DNA of 64,000 bases from Ascoidea asiatica JCM 7603. Its lineage: Eukaryota > Fungi > Ascomycota. The stretch lies in NCBI GenBank assembly GCA_001600695.1, contig BCKQ01000003.1:1121062-1185061 (forward strand). Direction: 5' to 3'. The position numbers were made by a program, and so were the translations under genes. Below are positions 1 to 11,569 of the stretch, in pieces. Positions within the stretch are counted from its first letter, which is position 1. Each line of letters opens with the position of its first letter. The notes under the pieces were generated by a model. It ran no database searches, had not been told where the DNA came from, and was given only the letters and a program-made list of their open reading frames with translations.

Positions 1-98
1 TAAGTTGGTATGTTTTTTTATTTTTTGAAATAGATAGAAGACTATCTAATATCAAAAAGAGACTCAGACATACTGTCTGCAGTCCTGCATCAGGATGC

Positions 99-105
99 TG
101 AGTCA
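99..105. promoter_or_regulatory. AP-1/Gcn4-type site
   Basis: TGAGTCA in a GC island upstream of the 647-aa ORF. Confidence 0.35.
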
Positions 106-193
106 CACCCTAATTTGGTACTGCTTTACCTCCTCCACAGCGCGTCGATTGCAATTTCTGGGATTCTTTTGCGTTTGCCGTACTCGCAGTTAC

Positions 194-227
194 AGTTGCG
201 GTTGTAGCCACGGCTACAACCGCAACT
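194..227. repeat. Perfect 16-bp inverted repeat with 2-nt spacer
   Basis: AGTTGCGGTTGTAGCC-ac-GGCTACAACCGCAACT. Confidence 0.95.
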
Positions 228-1226
228 TCAGCCGCTACCACAACCGCAACCACAACCACTCCCATTCTTTCTCAATTCGATAAAAAGAGAATAAACAGAT
301 AAAAAACAGATAAAAACAAACAATGAAATGAAAAAAAAAGTGGTATTGTTCCCGAATGGGTTTCTGCCGAGACTTTTTCAAATAAAATAATAAAAAGATA
401 AAGGAATTTTTAAAATAAGAATCCAATCAGAGAAGAATATAAGCAAATATACTATTAAATATATCAAAGTTTAAAAATTTTTATGGCTCTGGTTTGTTTG
501 TCAGTCCTTGCTTTATCTTTTTTCTTTTTTTGGGTCCTTGGAGTCTGAGACTTTTTAGTTTGGATTCTATTTCACCTATAAATAATATCTGAGATTCTGT
601 TGCTTGAGAATCACCACGTCTACTGCCTCTTATCTGTTATCTTAAATATTGGATATAGAATATTGAATATTGAATATTGAATACTTTTTGATATCTGAAA
701 ATGTTTTTTGAAATAGCTCCGATTTTATTTGGCTCTATCTAGTTATTGGGCTTGGGTATTGAAATAAACTAAATGTAAACTGGACTATACGAAAATTAGG
801 AACGTGGAAATATGAGAAAGGGAATTCCTTGAACAGTTGTAAATAATTCAATTGAATCTAATATTTTCTATTTAATTTTTGGTTCTTTTTTAGTAAATTC
901 ACTAAAACTACTGTAAATCATTTGATTTCTTGAAAGTAAAAGAATTCACTCTTTTCTTTTTTGTTAAATTTCTTAATTTTCTTAAGGAAAAAATTTAATA
1001 TAAATTAAACATCTTTTTCATCATTTTGAGTTAAATTTTATTTTTCATTTTTTTAGTTTTTATTTGAAATAAAAAAAAGAAAAAAACGAGAGTTGTAATA
1101 ATTTTATTTTATTTAAAAATATAAATTGATTTTTTTTACTTTGGCTCTTTCAATTGATATATAATAAAAAATAATTCAATAAGTAAATTAGTTATTCTTA
1201 TACAGTAACAGTAAAGTTAAAAAGAT

Positions 1227-3170
1227 ATGAAGTCAACAAGAAGTGCAATGCAATTGAATAATATCCTAAATAAAGAAGAAGATTTAATTAATTCTTCTAA
1301 AACTTTTAATTTTATTCAACTAAATAGGAATACAATCTCTAATCACACTCTAAATGATAATAATCATAATAATAATAATAATAATAATGAAAACAATAAT
1401 AATGATAAAAATTATTTGAAATTATCACTTGAACAAAATATTAATGATTCAAATTCTAATTCAAATTCAAATTCAAATTCAAATTCTCCTTTAAAAATCA
1501 ATTTCGCTTCAAATAATAATATTTCTAAAAATTATACTCTTAATTCAATTTCACCAAAATCAACTTCATTTCCATTTTCAGTTTCATATTCATATTCAAA
1601 ATTAAAATTAAATTCATTTTCAGACTCTTACTCTAATTTAAATTCTTACTCATATTCTAATTCTAATTCTAATTCTAATTTTAATCATAATTCTAATTCA
1701 AGTTCCATTTCCAATTCAAATCCAAATTCAAATCCAAACCCAAATTTTGTATTAACTTCAAATCAATTCAATTATAATGATAATTATTCTTTAAGTTCTG
1801 ATAATAATCATAATAAAAATCATACTTATTTACCTCCACTTTTTCCAAAATCTAATATTATAATTCCGTGTAAAACTAATTTTGAATATAATAATGAATT
1901 AAATAATAATAATTTTAAAAGAAGAAATACTTTAGATGAAAATTTATTTACATCTTCAAATAATTTCATAAATTCTCCAATTATTGATCAACTGGTTTAT
2001 TCTCCAACCGAATATCAAATAAATTCATTTTCTTTTAATTCAAATGATAATCCTAATTCAAATGATGATAATCTTAAATTTAAAAATAATTTCAATCAAA
2101 TTTCTTCAAGTCCAATAGAATTCCAAAACTCTAATTCATTTAGTGAAAATAATAAAAGAACTAGAGATAAATTTGAATTTGAATTTGAATATAAGTATGA
2201 ATATGATTATCAAAATCAAAATCAAAAGAAAGATCAAAAAGAAGAAGAATTTATTGATAAAAAATTTAAGTTGAATTCATTTAAATTAGAAAGTTTTAAT
2301 AAATTTAATAATATGAGTATAAATAATGAATATCATAATCAAAATCAAAAACAAAATTATCTTAAATTGGCAAAAAAAAGACATTATAAACCATATCAAA
2401 CTGCAACTTCAATTCAAAAACGTACTGGTAGTAAAAGACCACAAGGTAGACCTTTTACATCACATCTTCAAGCAAGATTTGTACTTCATAAAGATCTTAA
2501 AAGTTTATTTTCTTCATTAACTAAAAAACAACATACAAAATATTCAAAAATTCAAAAATTTCAACTGGTTTCAAAAAATTTTAATATAAATTTTAATTCA
2601 AATATAAAATATACTGAATTTTCAAATTATTCAAATTTTTCAACAAAAATGAAACAATTAAAATTTGAAGAAAATAAAAATATTGAAAATAAAGGTAATT
2701 TTGAAAATGAAGAATGTTTTGAGAATGATATTCATAAAGAATTATTAAAAGTATTTGATATTAAAGATTTATCATTTGTAAAAGTAATAAGAGATTGTAA
2801 TAGTAAGATTATAAAATTGGAAACATTTAGACCATTAGAAAATGATTTAAATATATATTTTGAAGATTTGTTAGATTGTAAGATAAATAAATTGAATTAT
2901 AATTTAAAAATGAATGAAAAAAGTGAAAAAAGTGAAAAATATGAAAAAAAAAATAATTTTTTATCTAAAAACAAAAATAAAATTTGTACAGCAGAATGGA
3001 TTAAAAAAAATATAACATATCCAAGATATAAATCCAATATGAAAATTCATATCTTAAAAGGAGTTTATGATGAAATTATTTATAATGATAATAGAATGTT
3101 GGAATGGGATATTTTAAATAATGACTTGAAAAGTTCCTACAAAAATATTTACTTAGCTAAAGAATCTTAA
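1227..3170 (+). CDS. Uncharacterised Asn/Ser-rich protein with basic AT-hook-like patch and globular C-terminal domain; putative regulator
   Basis: 647-aa ATG ORF. The N-terminal ~370 aa are low-complexity, followed by basic KKRHYKPY...KRPQGRP and a complex C-terminus (CTAEWIKKNITYPRYKSNMKIH). Family not recognised. Confidence 0.75.
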   Translation: MKSTRSAMQLNNILNKEEDLINSSKTFNFIQLNRNTISNHTLNDNNHNNNNNNNENNNNDKNYLKLSLEQNINDSNSNSNSNSNSNSPLKINFASNNNISKNYTLNSISPKSTSFPFSVSYSYSKLKLNSFSDSYSNLNSYSYSNSNSNSNFNHNSNSSSISNSNPNSNPNPNFVLTSNQFNYNDNYSLSSDNNHNKNHTYLPPLFPKSNIIIPCKTNFEYNNELNNNNFKRRNTLDENLFTSSNNFINSPIIDQLVYSPTEYQINSFSFNSNDNPNSNDDNLKFKNNFNQISSSPIEFQNSNSFSENNKRTRDKFEFEFEYKYEYDYQNQNQKKDQKEEEFIDKKFKLNSFKLESFNKFNNMSINNEYHNQNQKQNYLKLAKKRHYKPYQTATSIQKRTGSKRPQGRPFTSHLQARFVLHKDLKSLFSSLTKKQHTKYSKIQKFQLVSKNFNINFNSNIKYTEFSNYSNFSTKMKQLKFEENKNIENKGNFENEECFENDIHKELLKVFDIKDLSFVKVIRDCNSKIIKLETFRPLENDLNIYFEDLLDCKINKLNYNLKMNEKSEKSEKYEKKNNFLSKNKNKICTAEWIKKNITYPRYKSNMKIHILKGVYDEIIYNDNRMLEWDILNNDLKSSYKNIYLAKES

Positions 3171-4359
3171 CATTTATTCCCATAATTTTTTTTTCATTTA
3201 ATTTTCAAATATCAAAATTTTTTATATTACGTTTAGCTAATGTTTTTTTCTCATACTTTTTTTTTTTACTCAAAATCACTATTTACTACTCATAACTTGC
3301 ATTGACATTACTTATTATTTATTTACTTATTTATTTATTTCATTTCTTATATATCACCCAGTATATTATATTATAATACTTTATTCACTCAAAATGTTTT
3401 ATAGTATAACTTTTTATATTTTAAAATCACTGAAAAATAATGATTTTTGTAATAAATAAGGATTGTATAACATTTTTAAAGGAGATTATTTCAAAACATC
3501 TAACATTTCCTAATTTGAATATTAATTTGAATGAAATTTGACTGTTTTGACATCAACGTTAGATTTATTTGAACTGTTTAAGTTAACAAATTAAAAAGAT
3601 TGAAACGTTAGTTCGATAAAGTTGGTACACAATAACATTAACGTTTTATATTAACGGTAAATTTTATCACATCACAAGGGACTTACGTTAACGCAAGTTA
3701 AAAGTCCAAACTGAACTTTTTAAGTTTAAAATTATTAAACTAACACTAACGCAATTCACTGTACCTAGAGCATAAAAAAATCAAAGTTTACTTTACTTCA
3801 AAGCAGCATAGTGTACAATAATTTTAATACATCTGTAATTGAATGTAACCATGTGTAAATAAGAAAGTTACCATAGTAACAATCTACCCTGGTACAATAG
3901 ACAATAGAATGAAACGTTAAATGATTCGTAGGGTTGGAAATTACTATAAAGAGAATTAATTAAAAAAAAATGGAGAACCTAAAAAGCAATTTATGAAAGA
4001 AATTAAGATACTAAAAAGGATTTCCCAAGCAACAAATATGCGTAAGTGAAAACACAAAATCCATGGATAAAAATCAGGTTGAACGCCTGTATCAAGATAA
4101 GAAAGTTTGTTTTCTTCTTTTGTCTTTTTGTTTTGTGGTTCAAAAACAATTCTGGCGTAGTAAAACCAGCTAAATCCAGAGGAAACAAAACACAAACCCA
4201 GATATTCGAGAAAATAGCAGTTATTGCAGTCCTTTGTGGGTCAATTTGAAAGCAGCACTGTAGGCACAACAAAGGTGTTCAAATTGGTCGAGAAGGATTC
4301 CATTTTAGTTATGGCTACCAATTATAAGCAAAAATACCAACAATAAGAAAATAACTGTC

Positions 4360-4404
4360 ACTCTGATAGCAGCTCGGATAGCAGCTCGGATAGCAGCTCA
4401 GATA
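4360..4404. repeat. 12-bp GC-rich tandem repeat, ~3.5 copies
   Basis: Unit CTC(G/T/A)GATAGCAG. Confidence 0.9.
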
Positions 4405-4779
4405 ATTTTCTTGGGGCCCAGCCAAGCAGACATGGCAACTGCAAAAAGTGGTGCCATAATCTCCACACGTTTCCAGCCTGGCGAGTGATGCTTCTTTCTC
4501 TTATATTTTCTTCTCTTTTTTTGTAGTGCGTCCTCGGTCGAAGCACGAAACAGTCCAGATACGAGTTGCCTCAAATACGAGCACACGAGCACACGAGCCA
4601 CAGATGCAAATGCAAATGCAAATGCAATTGCAAATATGCCTGTTTTCCAAAAAAATAAATATTCATTTATCCGATCTCATGCTATATAATACGAATGAAT
4701 ACAAACATTAGTGTTGTAAAAAAAAATACCTTTAATATTTTAGTTAATCTCTTTGAAACAGAGAATACTTTTAGAATAT

Positions 4780-6366
4780 TCAATTTAACCAACTTTCTGA
4801 CTCGTTCAATGGAAACTTTTTTGATATAACTTCAAAAACATCTGGAAATGGATTTGTTTTGGAAAGTCGTACTTTTTTGAACTTAGAAAATATTACACCT
4901 TTTAAGAATCCAGAATCTATTAATGTAACTAAAAGATTTTCAACTAAATTATCATTTATTATTCCTTCATTTCCATTCATATTACTATTATATTCATCAG
5001 AAGTATCTAATTTGAAAATATAATCACTTTCATTATTGAAAATATTTGAAGAGTATAAATCATTTATAGATAATCTTAATCCAGCTTTAAAACTATTATA
5101 ATCTATAGTAAAAATTTCTGTTTCAAGTTTTTTAATTGAATCTGGATGATTATTATTATTACTATTATTATTAAAATTATTTGAAATTAAATTTTTTCTA
5201 ACTAAAAAGATTCTTTTGAATAATTTTCTAAATATTAAAATTGAACCTTTATTAATTAATAATATTAATGATTTTTTTGATTTGAAATAATTTTTATTTT
5301 CATATAAATGTTTTATAAATAATTTATAATTACCCATTTCTAAAGATAATTGAATATTTTTATAATATTTAATAAATATTTCTAAATTTTCATAATTTTT
5401 TCTTACATTTTTTTTACCAATTAATAATCCAGTTAAAATTAAATTTTCAAGATTTTTTATAAAAAATTTATTACTAGTAATATTATTATTATGATTATGA
5501 TAATAGTTATTGAAACACCAATAAAAATTTGAATAACTTTTAAAAATTTCATTTTTAATTAAATAATATTTACCTAAATAAAATTTATATAAAATTTGTT
5601 GATATTTTGGAAAAATTTTAAAATTTAATTTATTAATTTGATTTAAATTTATAAAAATATTTTCACAATTTAATGGTTGATTTAATAAAAAATAAATTTT
5701 ACATAATTTTATTGATAAAAATAATAATAATTTTATTTTATTATTTGTTTTTAAAAATGAACCTCTGATATTATTAATTAATTTTAATAAAATTATTGGA
5801 ATTTTATTTAATAATAAATTTTGATTTTTTGAAATAAATTTATCAAATTTTAAAATTATTGGTAAAAAAAATTTTATAAATTCAATTAATAATAAATTAA
5901 TTAAATAACCTTTATTATTATTTTGAAAAAAAATAGATAATGAATTAAAATAATTAAATAAATAATTTATTGAATTTATAATTAAAAATGGATTAAAATT
6001 TTTAATTAATTTTAAATAATTTTCAATTAAATAATTAAATGAATTAAATTCATTATTAAAAATTTTAAAATTTTCAATAAATTTTATTAAATTATCATCT
6101 TCATTAATTGATTTATTGATATTATTTTTTAATTCTAAAACTTCTTTTGGTTTTAATAATATATTTATTGAAAGTAATGATAATAATTTTTTTTGAATTT
6201 CAAAATCATTTATTTTTTTATTATTTGATAAATTTGATAAATTTATTAAAAGTTTATTAATTGGATTTGAAATGTTATGAGAATTATTATTAGATTTAAA
6301 CTTATTATTATAAGTTAAAGAATTATTATCATTTGAATTGATTTTCCTTTGATTATATGATTTCAT
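4780..6366 (-). CDS. THP1: PCI-domain TREX-2 subunit Thp1
   Basis: LCKIYF...CENIF, YKFYLGKYYL and the C-terminal winged helix ENLLVTLIDSGFLKG...ISKKFP...W resemble yeast Thp1. Csn12 is the alternative paralog. Confidence 0.8.
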   Translation of the reverse strand: MKSYNQRKINSNDNNSLTYNNKFKSNNNSHNISNPINKLLINLSNLSNNKKINDFEIQKKLLSLLSINILLKPKEVLELKNNINKSINEDDNLIKFIENFKIFNNEFNSFNYLIENYLKLIKNFNPFLIINSINYLFNYFNSLSIFFQNNNKGYLINLLLIEFIKFFLPIILKFDKFISKNQNLLLNKIPIILLKLINNIRGSFLKTNNKIKLLLFLSIKLCKIYFLLNQPLNCENIFINLNQINKLNFKIFPKYQQILYKFYLGKYYLIKNEIFKSYSNFYWCFNNYYHNHNNNITSNKFFIKNLENLILTGLLIGKKNVRKNYENLEIFIKYYKNIQLSLEMGNYKLFIKHLYENKNYFKSKKSLILLINKGSILIFRKLFKRIFLVRKNLISNNFNNNSNNNNHPDSIKKLETEIFTIDYNSFKAGLRLSINDLYSSNIFNNESDYIFKLDTSDEYNSNMNGNEGIINDNLVENLLVTLIDSGFLKGVIFSKFKKVRLSKTNPFPDVFEVISKKFPLNESESWLN

Positions 6367-6492
6367 TTTGTATTATAAACATATATTCTTTTCAATTGAT
6401 TCACTTCATTCATCATCAATTCACTTCATTCAATTCTATTATTTCAATTTATTTCAATTTATTTCAATTTCAAAACAAAAAAATAAATAAAT

Positions 6493-6500
6493 GTCACGTG
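6493..6500. promoter_or_regulatory. Cbf1-type E-box upstream of THP1
   Basis: GTCACGTG ~130 bp upstream of the ATG, next to a long poly(T). Confidence 0.5.
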
Positions 6501-6522
6501 CGCTTATTGAGACCAGTTTTCT

Positions 6523-6555
<33 letters not shown>

Positions 6556-6834
6556 CCATTCAATTTTTAATTTTTAAATAATTAGAATATAACAACTTAT
6601 AAAAAAAATTTATTCATATACCATATAAAATAGATAAAAACTTATATAAAAACTTATATAAAAGTTATATAAAAGCAAGTGAAAATAATAGATAAAGAGA
6701 TAAATAAAAATGAAAACAAAATTGAAGATGTAATGTAATTAATTTTGATGTATTTTAATAAAAAGCGAGGTATAAATTGATAAATGTGGATATGTAATTG
6801 TAATTGTAAATGTTGATGTAAATGATAAATTGAA

Positions 6835-7485
6835 TTATACTAAACTTCTTGGACCTGAGAACATGAATTGAACAATTGTTATTTGACCAAGACCTAAGAT
6901 AATCATGAGTAAGACACTAAACATACCTAAATAATAAATTCTTGATTCAGTTGATTGTACAGTACTCATATTTCTCCATTCTCTTGCTCTTAAATAATCC
7001 ATTAATTTTTTCATTTTTATATAATTTCTATCAATTTCTTCAATTGCATTAATTGATAAAGCTTCATCAGAATATTTATTTTTTTCTTCCAATTTTTTAA
7101 AATTATCAATATCTTTTTCTAATTCAATTGAAAATTCTACTTTTTTTGAATTTGAAATTGAATTTGTTGAAAAACTATTTGTAAAACAAAATGAATATTC
7201 TCCAATACCAAAAGATCTTAATAAATAATCAGCATATCTTTTATCTTTTGCGGATATAACTTTTTCACCATCTGGAGCAATAATATCAAAATCTATTTCA
7301 AAATCACCACCTGATAAAACTTGAAAATTAACTAATAAAGAATCTAAATCAGATTTTAATAAAAAATATATACATTCTTTTGCAAATGGAGATACAACTA
7401 ATGACATTGATGTATAAGTTATAGCTTGAGAAATTTGAAATAAATGTATAAAAGATAAAAATAATAATTTATAATTAAATATCAT
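6835..7485 (-). CDS. ERP2: p24/GOLD family ER-Golgi cargo protein (Erp2/Erp4 type)
   Basis: Signal peptide; GOLD domain (ECIYF, FQVLSGG, GEYSFCF); YLRAREWRNMSTVQSTESR; C-terminal TM helix. Confidence 0.9.
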   Translation of the reverse strand: MIFNYKLLFLSFIHLFQISQAITYTSMSLVVSPFAKECIYFLLKSDLDSLLVNFQVLSGGDFEIDFDIIAPDGEKVISAKDKRYADYLLRSFGIGEYSFCFTNSFSTNSISNSKKVEFSIELEKDIDNFKKLEEKNKYSDEALSINAIEEIDRNYIKMKKLMDYLRAREWRNMSTVQSTESRIYYLGMFSVLLMIILGLGQITIVQFMFSGPRSLV

Positions 7486-8685
7486 TTTGATTATATTTAT
7501 ATATTATTTATATATTATTTATATATTATTTATATTTGTATATGTGTATATGATTGATTTGGAAATATATTTATGAATATATTTATGGAATATATTTATG
7601 GAATATATTTATGGGATATATTAATGTAATGTAGTTGATATAATAAATAAGAAAGAAGGATTTAAGTATTAAAATGAATGAATTTTTTTATTTTATTTTA
7701 CAATGAATAGAATTGAAATTTGAATTTAGCTTAAGATTTTTTATTAATTTACAAGTATCATAAGATTTATTTAAGAAAGTTGTTCTTGTTATTGTTATTA
7801 CTATTATTATTATTATTATTATTACAATGATGAATTTGAATTTGAATTTGAATAGAAAGAGAAATAAAAAGAAAAAGAGAAGAAAAGAAATAAATAGTCT
7901 GTCATAAAACCTCGATAGAATATAATATAATAATATAATACAATAATAATATAATATGATAATGGTGATATATGAAAAATATAAAAATGAAAGGGTAATT
8001 AAATATTTTTAGTTATTATTTAAATAAGATTTGATCTAAAAATATTAAAAGAAAGAGGGTGAAGTCGAAAAAGACAAGTATTGAAAAAAAGGCATGAATA
8101 AATAAATTAGGAGTAAACAGTTAAATCTGGTAAAGCAGTGAAAAAGAAGGTGAAAAAGAAGGTGAAAAAGAAGGTGAAAAAGGAAGTGAAAAAGGAAGTG
8201 AAACCAGGACTGAAGAACCATGCACGCGGTGTTTCAGCCAGCACGAGAATACTCTGGTAGTGAGTGTTACTCTGAGTGTTACTATCAGTGTTACTATGAG
8301 TGTTTCTTCTCCGCTGGCAATTTCCGAGTAAAACAAAAACAGTGCCTGCGGGTCAGGTGACACTGCCGCATACTGTATATCTATAGCCCTTGCACTAGGG
8401 TTACTGCTTTAGTCTCGTGACTGTGTTCAAATGATAAGAGAAATGAATAAATATACAATAAATTCATTTTTGTGAACAAGATGATTGATTATTTTTATTA
8501 TTGTCTTTATTATCTTAAACAACAGCTTAAGTATTGGAATACTTCTATTGATTATTCAAAGTCAAAGTCAGTTATACAAAGTAAATATTTGAAATGATGA
8601 TTCTTAAAAGTTATTTTATTTTTATATGATTTCTTTAATGATTACTTAAAGTAAAGTAATCTTTATTATATCATTAATCAAAAAA

Positions 8686-10272
8686 ATGAATTACAAAGAT
8701 AACAATAGTGATAATCATCTTTATTATAAATATAAATTTATAATATTTATAATATCATTCAATATTCAATTAATTTCTTCAATTTCAATTTCCATATCCA
8801 ATTCATTACCAAATTCATTATCAAATTCATTATCAAATTCATTATTATTAAAAACAAATAATAAACAAGATATTTTAAATCAAGAATATATTGAAAATAA
8901 ATTAAAAAAATTTAATTTAACTTCTTCATCAAAAGTAAAAACTAAAATTTCAAATAAAAATGATTATGGATTTTTAAGAGAATCTTTAATAATTAATAAA
9001 TTTTATAATAAAAAAGAATCTTTAAAAAAAAAAAATAATAATAACAATAATAATAATAATAATGATAAAAAATCAATAAAACAAAGATTATTATTAAAGA
9101 TTTCAAAAGGTAAAAAACAAATTTTAAATTCTTCTCATAAACTTACAACTACTTTAAATTCAAATATACCTTTAATTACCAATGAACCTGATAAACCTAA
9201 TGATTTTAATAACCTAAATGACTTAAATGAGATACAGAAGATTCAGGAGATAATTTCTAATAAAAATATTAATAAGAATATAAATGAAAATATTAATAAA
9301 GATATAAATTTCAATATAATTGAAGATTCTCATTCAACTAATTTTATAAAATCTTATTTAAATTCAGATAATTCAATTGATCAAGAAATTTTAAATTCTT
9401 CAAATATTTTAAATTCAATTAATTTAAATAATAATAAACAATGGTCAACTTCTCATAAAAAAAATGATTTTATTTTAAATAATTGGCCTTGGGATTTAAA
9501 TGATAATTCTGTTTATATAATTCCAGATAATAAAAGAATTTTAAAATATAATAATAATAATCAAATTTCATATACTTTATTAGGTATTAAATTTTTAAAT
9601 AATAATAATCAAAATGATTTTAAAATGATTAGATTTTCAAATTGTTTTTTTAATAATTATACCAATAATAAAGGTTTATTACATTCTTTTAAATATAATC
9701 AATTATTATATATAAAAAATAATATTATTGAATTTAATAATATTGATAATGATATGAAATGGAAATATACAATTAATAATATTAAATATAAAATTGAACC
9801 AAATTTCATATATAATATTTCAACTTTAAATGATAATCATTATTTTACAATTCATTCAAATAATGGAATTGTATTTTATCAATCTGGTTTAAAATTTTTT
9901 ATTGGAAATTTTTTATTAGAAAAAGATAAAAAATTTGGTATAATTAGAAAAATTAAACAATTTTTAATAATTGATAAAACTAATTCAAAATTTCAAAATG
10001 GTGCAATTAAATTAACTTCAAATAATGATATTGATAAATATTGTTTAAAAGAAACAAGTATTTCATTAATTGATAATAATCATAATAATAATAATTTTGA
10101 ATTTAATACTTTTAATAAAAATGATATTAAAGAAAAAATTGAAGAAAAATTAAATCATAATAATAATTGTGATGAAGAAAATTCTTTAGATATTGTTTAT
10201 GATTTAAATGATTTTAAATTCTTTGATACTGAAATTACTTATGATAATATAGATGATGATTTTGAAATATAA
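8686..10272 (+). CDS. Hypothetical, probably secreted or N-anchored Asn-rich protein
   Basis: 528-aa ORF with an N-terminal hydrophobic stretch (FIIFIISFNIQLISSISI) and an aromatic/beta-rich C-terminal half with 3 Cys. GC island upstream (8130-8420). Confidence 0.65.
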   Translation: MNYKDNNSDNHLYYKYKFIIFIISFNIQLISSISISISNSLPNSLSNSLSNSLLLKTNNKQDILNQEYIENKLKKFNLTSSSKVKTKISNKNDYGFLRESLIINKFYNKKESLKKKNNNNNNNNNNDKKSIKQRLLLKISKGKKQILNSSHKLTTTLNSNIPLITNEPDKPNDFNNLNDLNEIQKIQEIISNKNINKNINENINKDINFNIIEDSHSTNFIKSYLNSDNSIDQEILNSSNILNSINLNNNKQWSTSHKKNDFILNNWPWDLNDNSVYIIPDNKRILKYNNNNQISYTLLGIKFLNNNNQNDFKMIRFSNCFFNNYTNNKGLLHSFKYNQLLYIKNNIIEFNNIDNDMKWKYTINNIKYKIEPNFIYNISTLNDNHYFTIHSNNGIVFYQSGLKFFIGNFLLEKDKKFGIIRKIKQFLIIDKTNSKFQNGAIKLTSNNDIDKYCLKETSISLIDNNHNNNNFEFNTFNKNDIKEKIEEKLNHNNNCDEENSLDIVYDLNDFKFFDTEITYDNIDDDFEI

Positions 10273-11569
10273 TAGATCATATTTATTTGATTATTGTTTT
10301 CATTTAATTTGTTTTAAAACTAAATTTCTTTTCAAATCAAATCTTTACTGGGCTTTTCTTTAAAGCTTTAATAAGCCCAAATTTTATTTGATGTAATATA
10401 CTTTAGATTCCTTATTGAATAAAAAAGTTCAGAAATGGAATATTTTTTTTCAAACTCATTCTTGAAATAAAGTCTTTTATTGATAATTGTTTAATAAATA
10501 TTTCTTCTTTTTTCTTTCTTTCTTCCACGATTCAAAATGTAGTTCTCCTTTTATATTTGTACCAATATTGCAATTATTATTACTTTTTTATTACATAACA
10601 ATAATAAGTTTTGTTCTATTTTTAGAACGCGCGCTATTCTTGGTACCTTGGCCTGCCAAGGCCAGTACCACACAGCGGCATTGCTTCCACCAACATCAAA
10701 AGCAGTGCTGCGCCACTCTCCTGAACTCAGCAGAACAACCCGCCGCAGCACGATACAAGTAAGACACACCGCCACTATTATGCCACAAAACAGCCACGAC
10801 AACCTTTTGAGGCTGGCAGACCCCTGGAGCTGGTATCGCTGTGTTTTGAATTTCTGTTTTCTTTCTTTCTTTATTTCTTTCTTTCTTCGCTTTCAGATTT
10901 TCATCATTTCCATTATTATTAATATTTTCAAGGCTATCGTAACAATCAAACAACAATCAAAGCATTACGACTCCAGTACTAGTAAATATATATAAATAAA
11001 TACTCACTTACAAATATAATAATAATAATAAAATAATTATATACATATTCAATAATCCTAATTTTAATAAAAGAAAGAAAATATATTAAAATTTCATTTC
11101 AAATAATCATTCAATGAATAAATTAAATTTCATTACTTAATTATTCATTGAAAATCCTAAATAATAATTAGAAATATTTTTTCTAAATTTTCATATTTTC
11201 ACTTTATTAATTGATTATAGTAAATTACAATAAATTTAATTAAACATTTATTAAATAAATTAAGTGATTTGAAAACTTATTTTTATTACAATTTTTGACC
11301 TACTTAATTACTGACTAGTGATTAGTTACTATAAATACATATCAAATAATTCTTGTCTCTCAAATTATCAAAAAGGGTCATAATTATCAAATATAAAAAA
11401 ATCACACACATATTAATAATAGTATTTTTTTTTAAATATTTTATATTCTAAATTTATAATTATAAGATAAATTAAACAAATTTTTACTATTTTTTCATAC
11501 TAAATCTCATTAAAAAATTTTCATCAATTATCATTCGCTTAATAAATAATTTATAATTTTAAAATTAAA

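Noticed and set aside
10487-10995. Short ORFs in the FLC2 upstream GC island
   Set aside because: They arise from local stop-codon scarcity; no coding-like composition or recognisable motifs.
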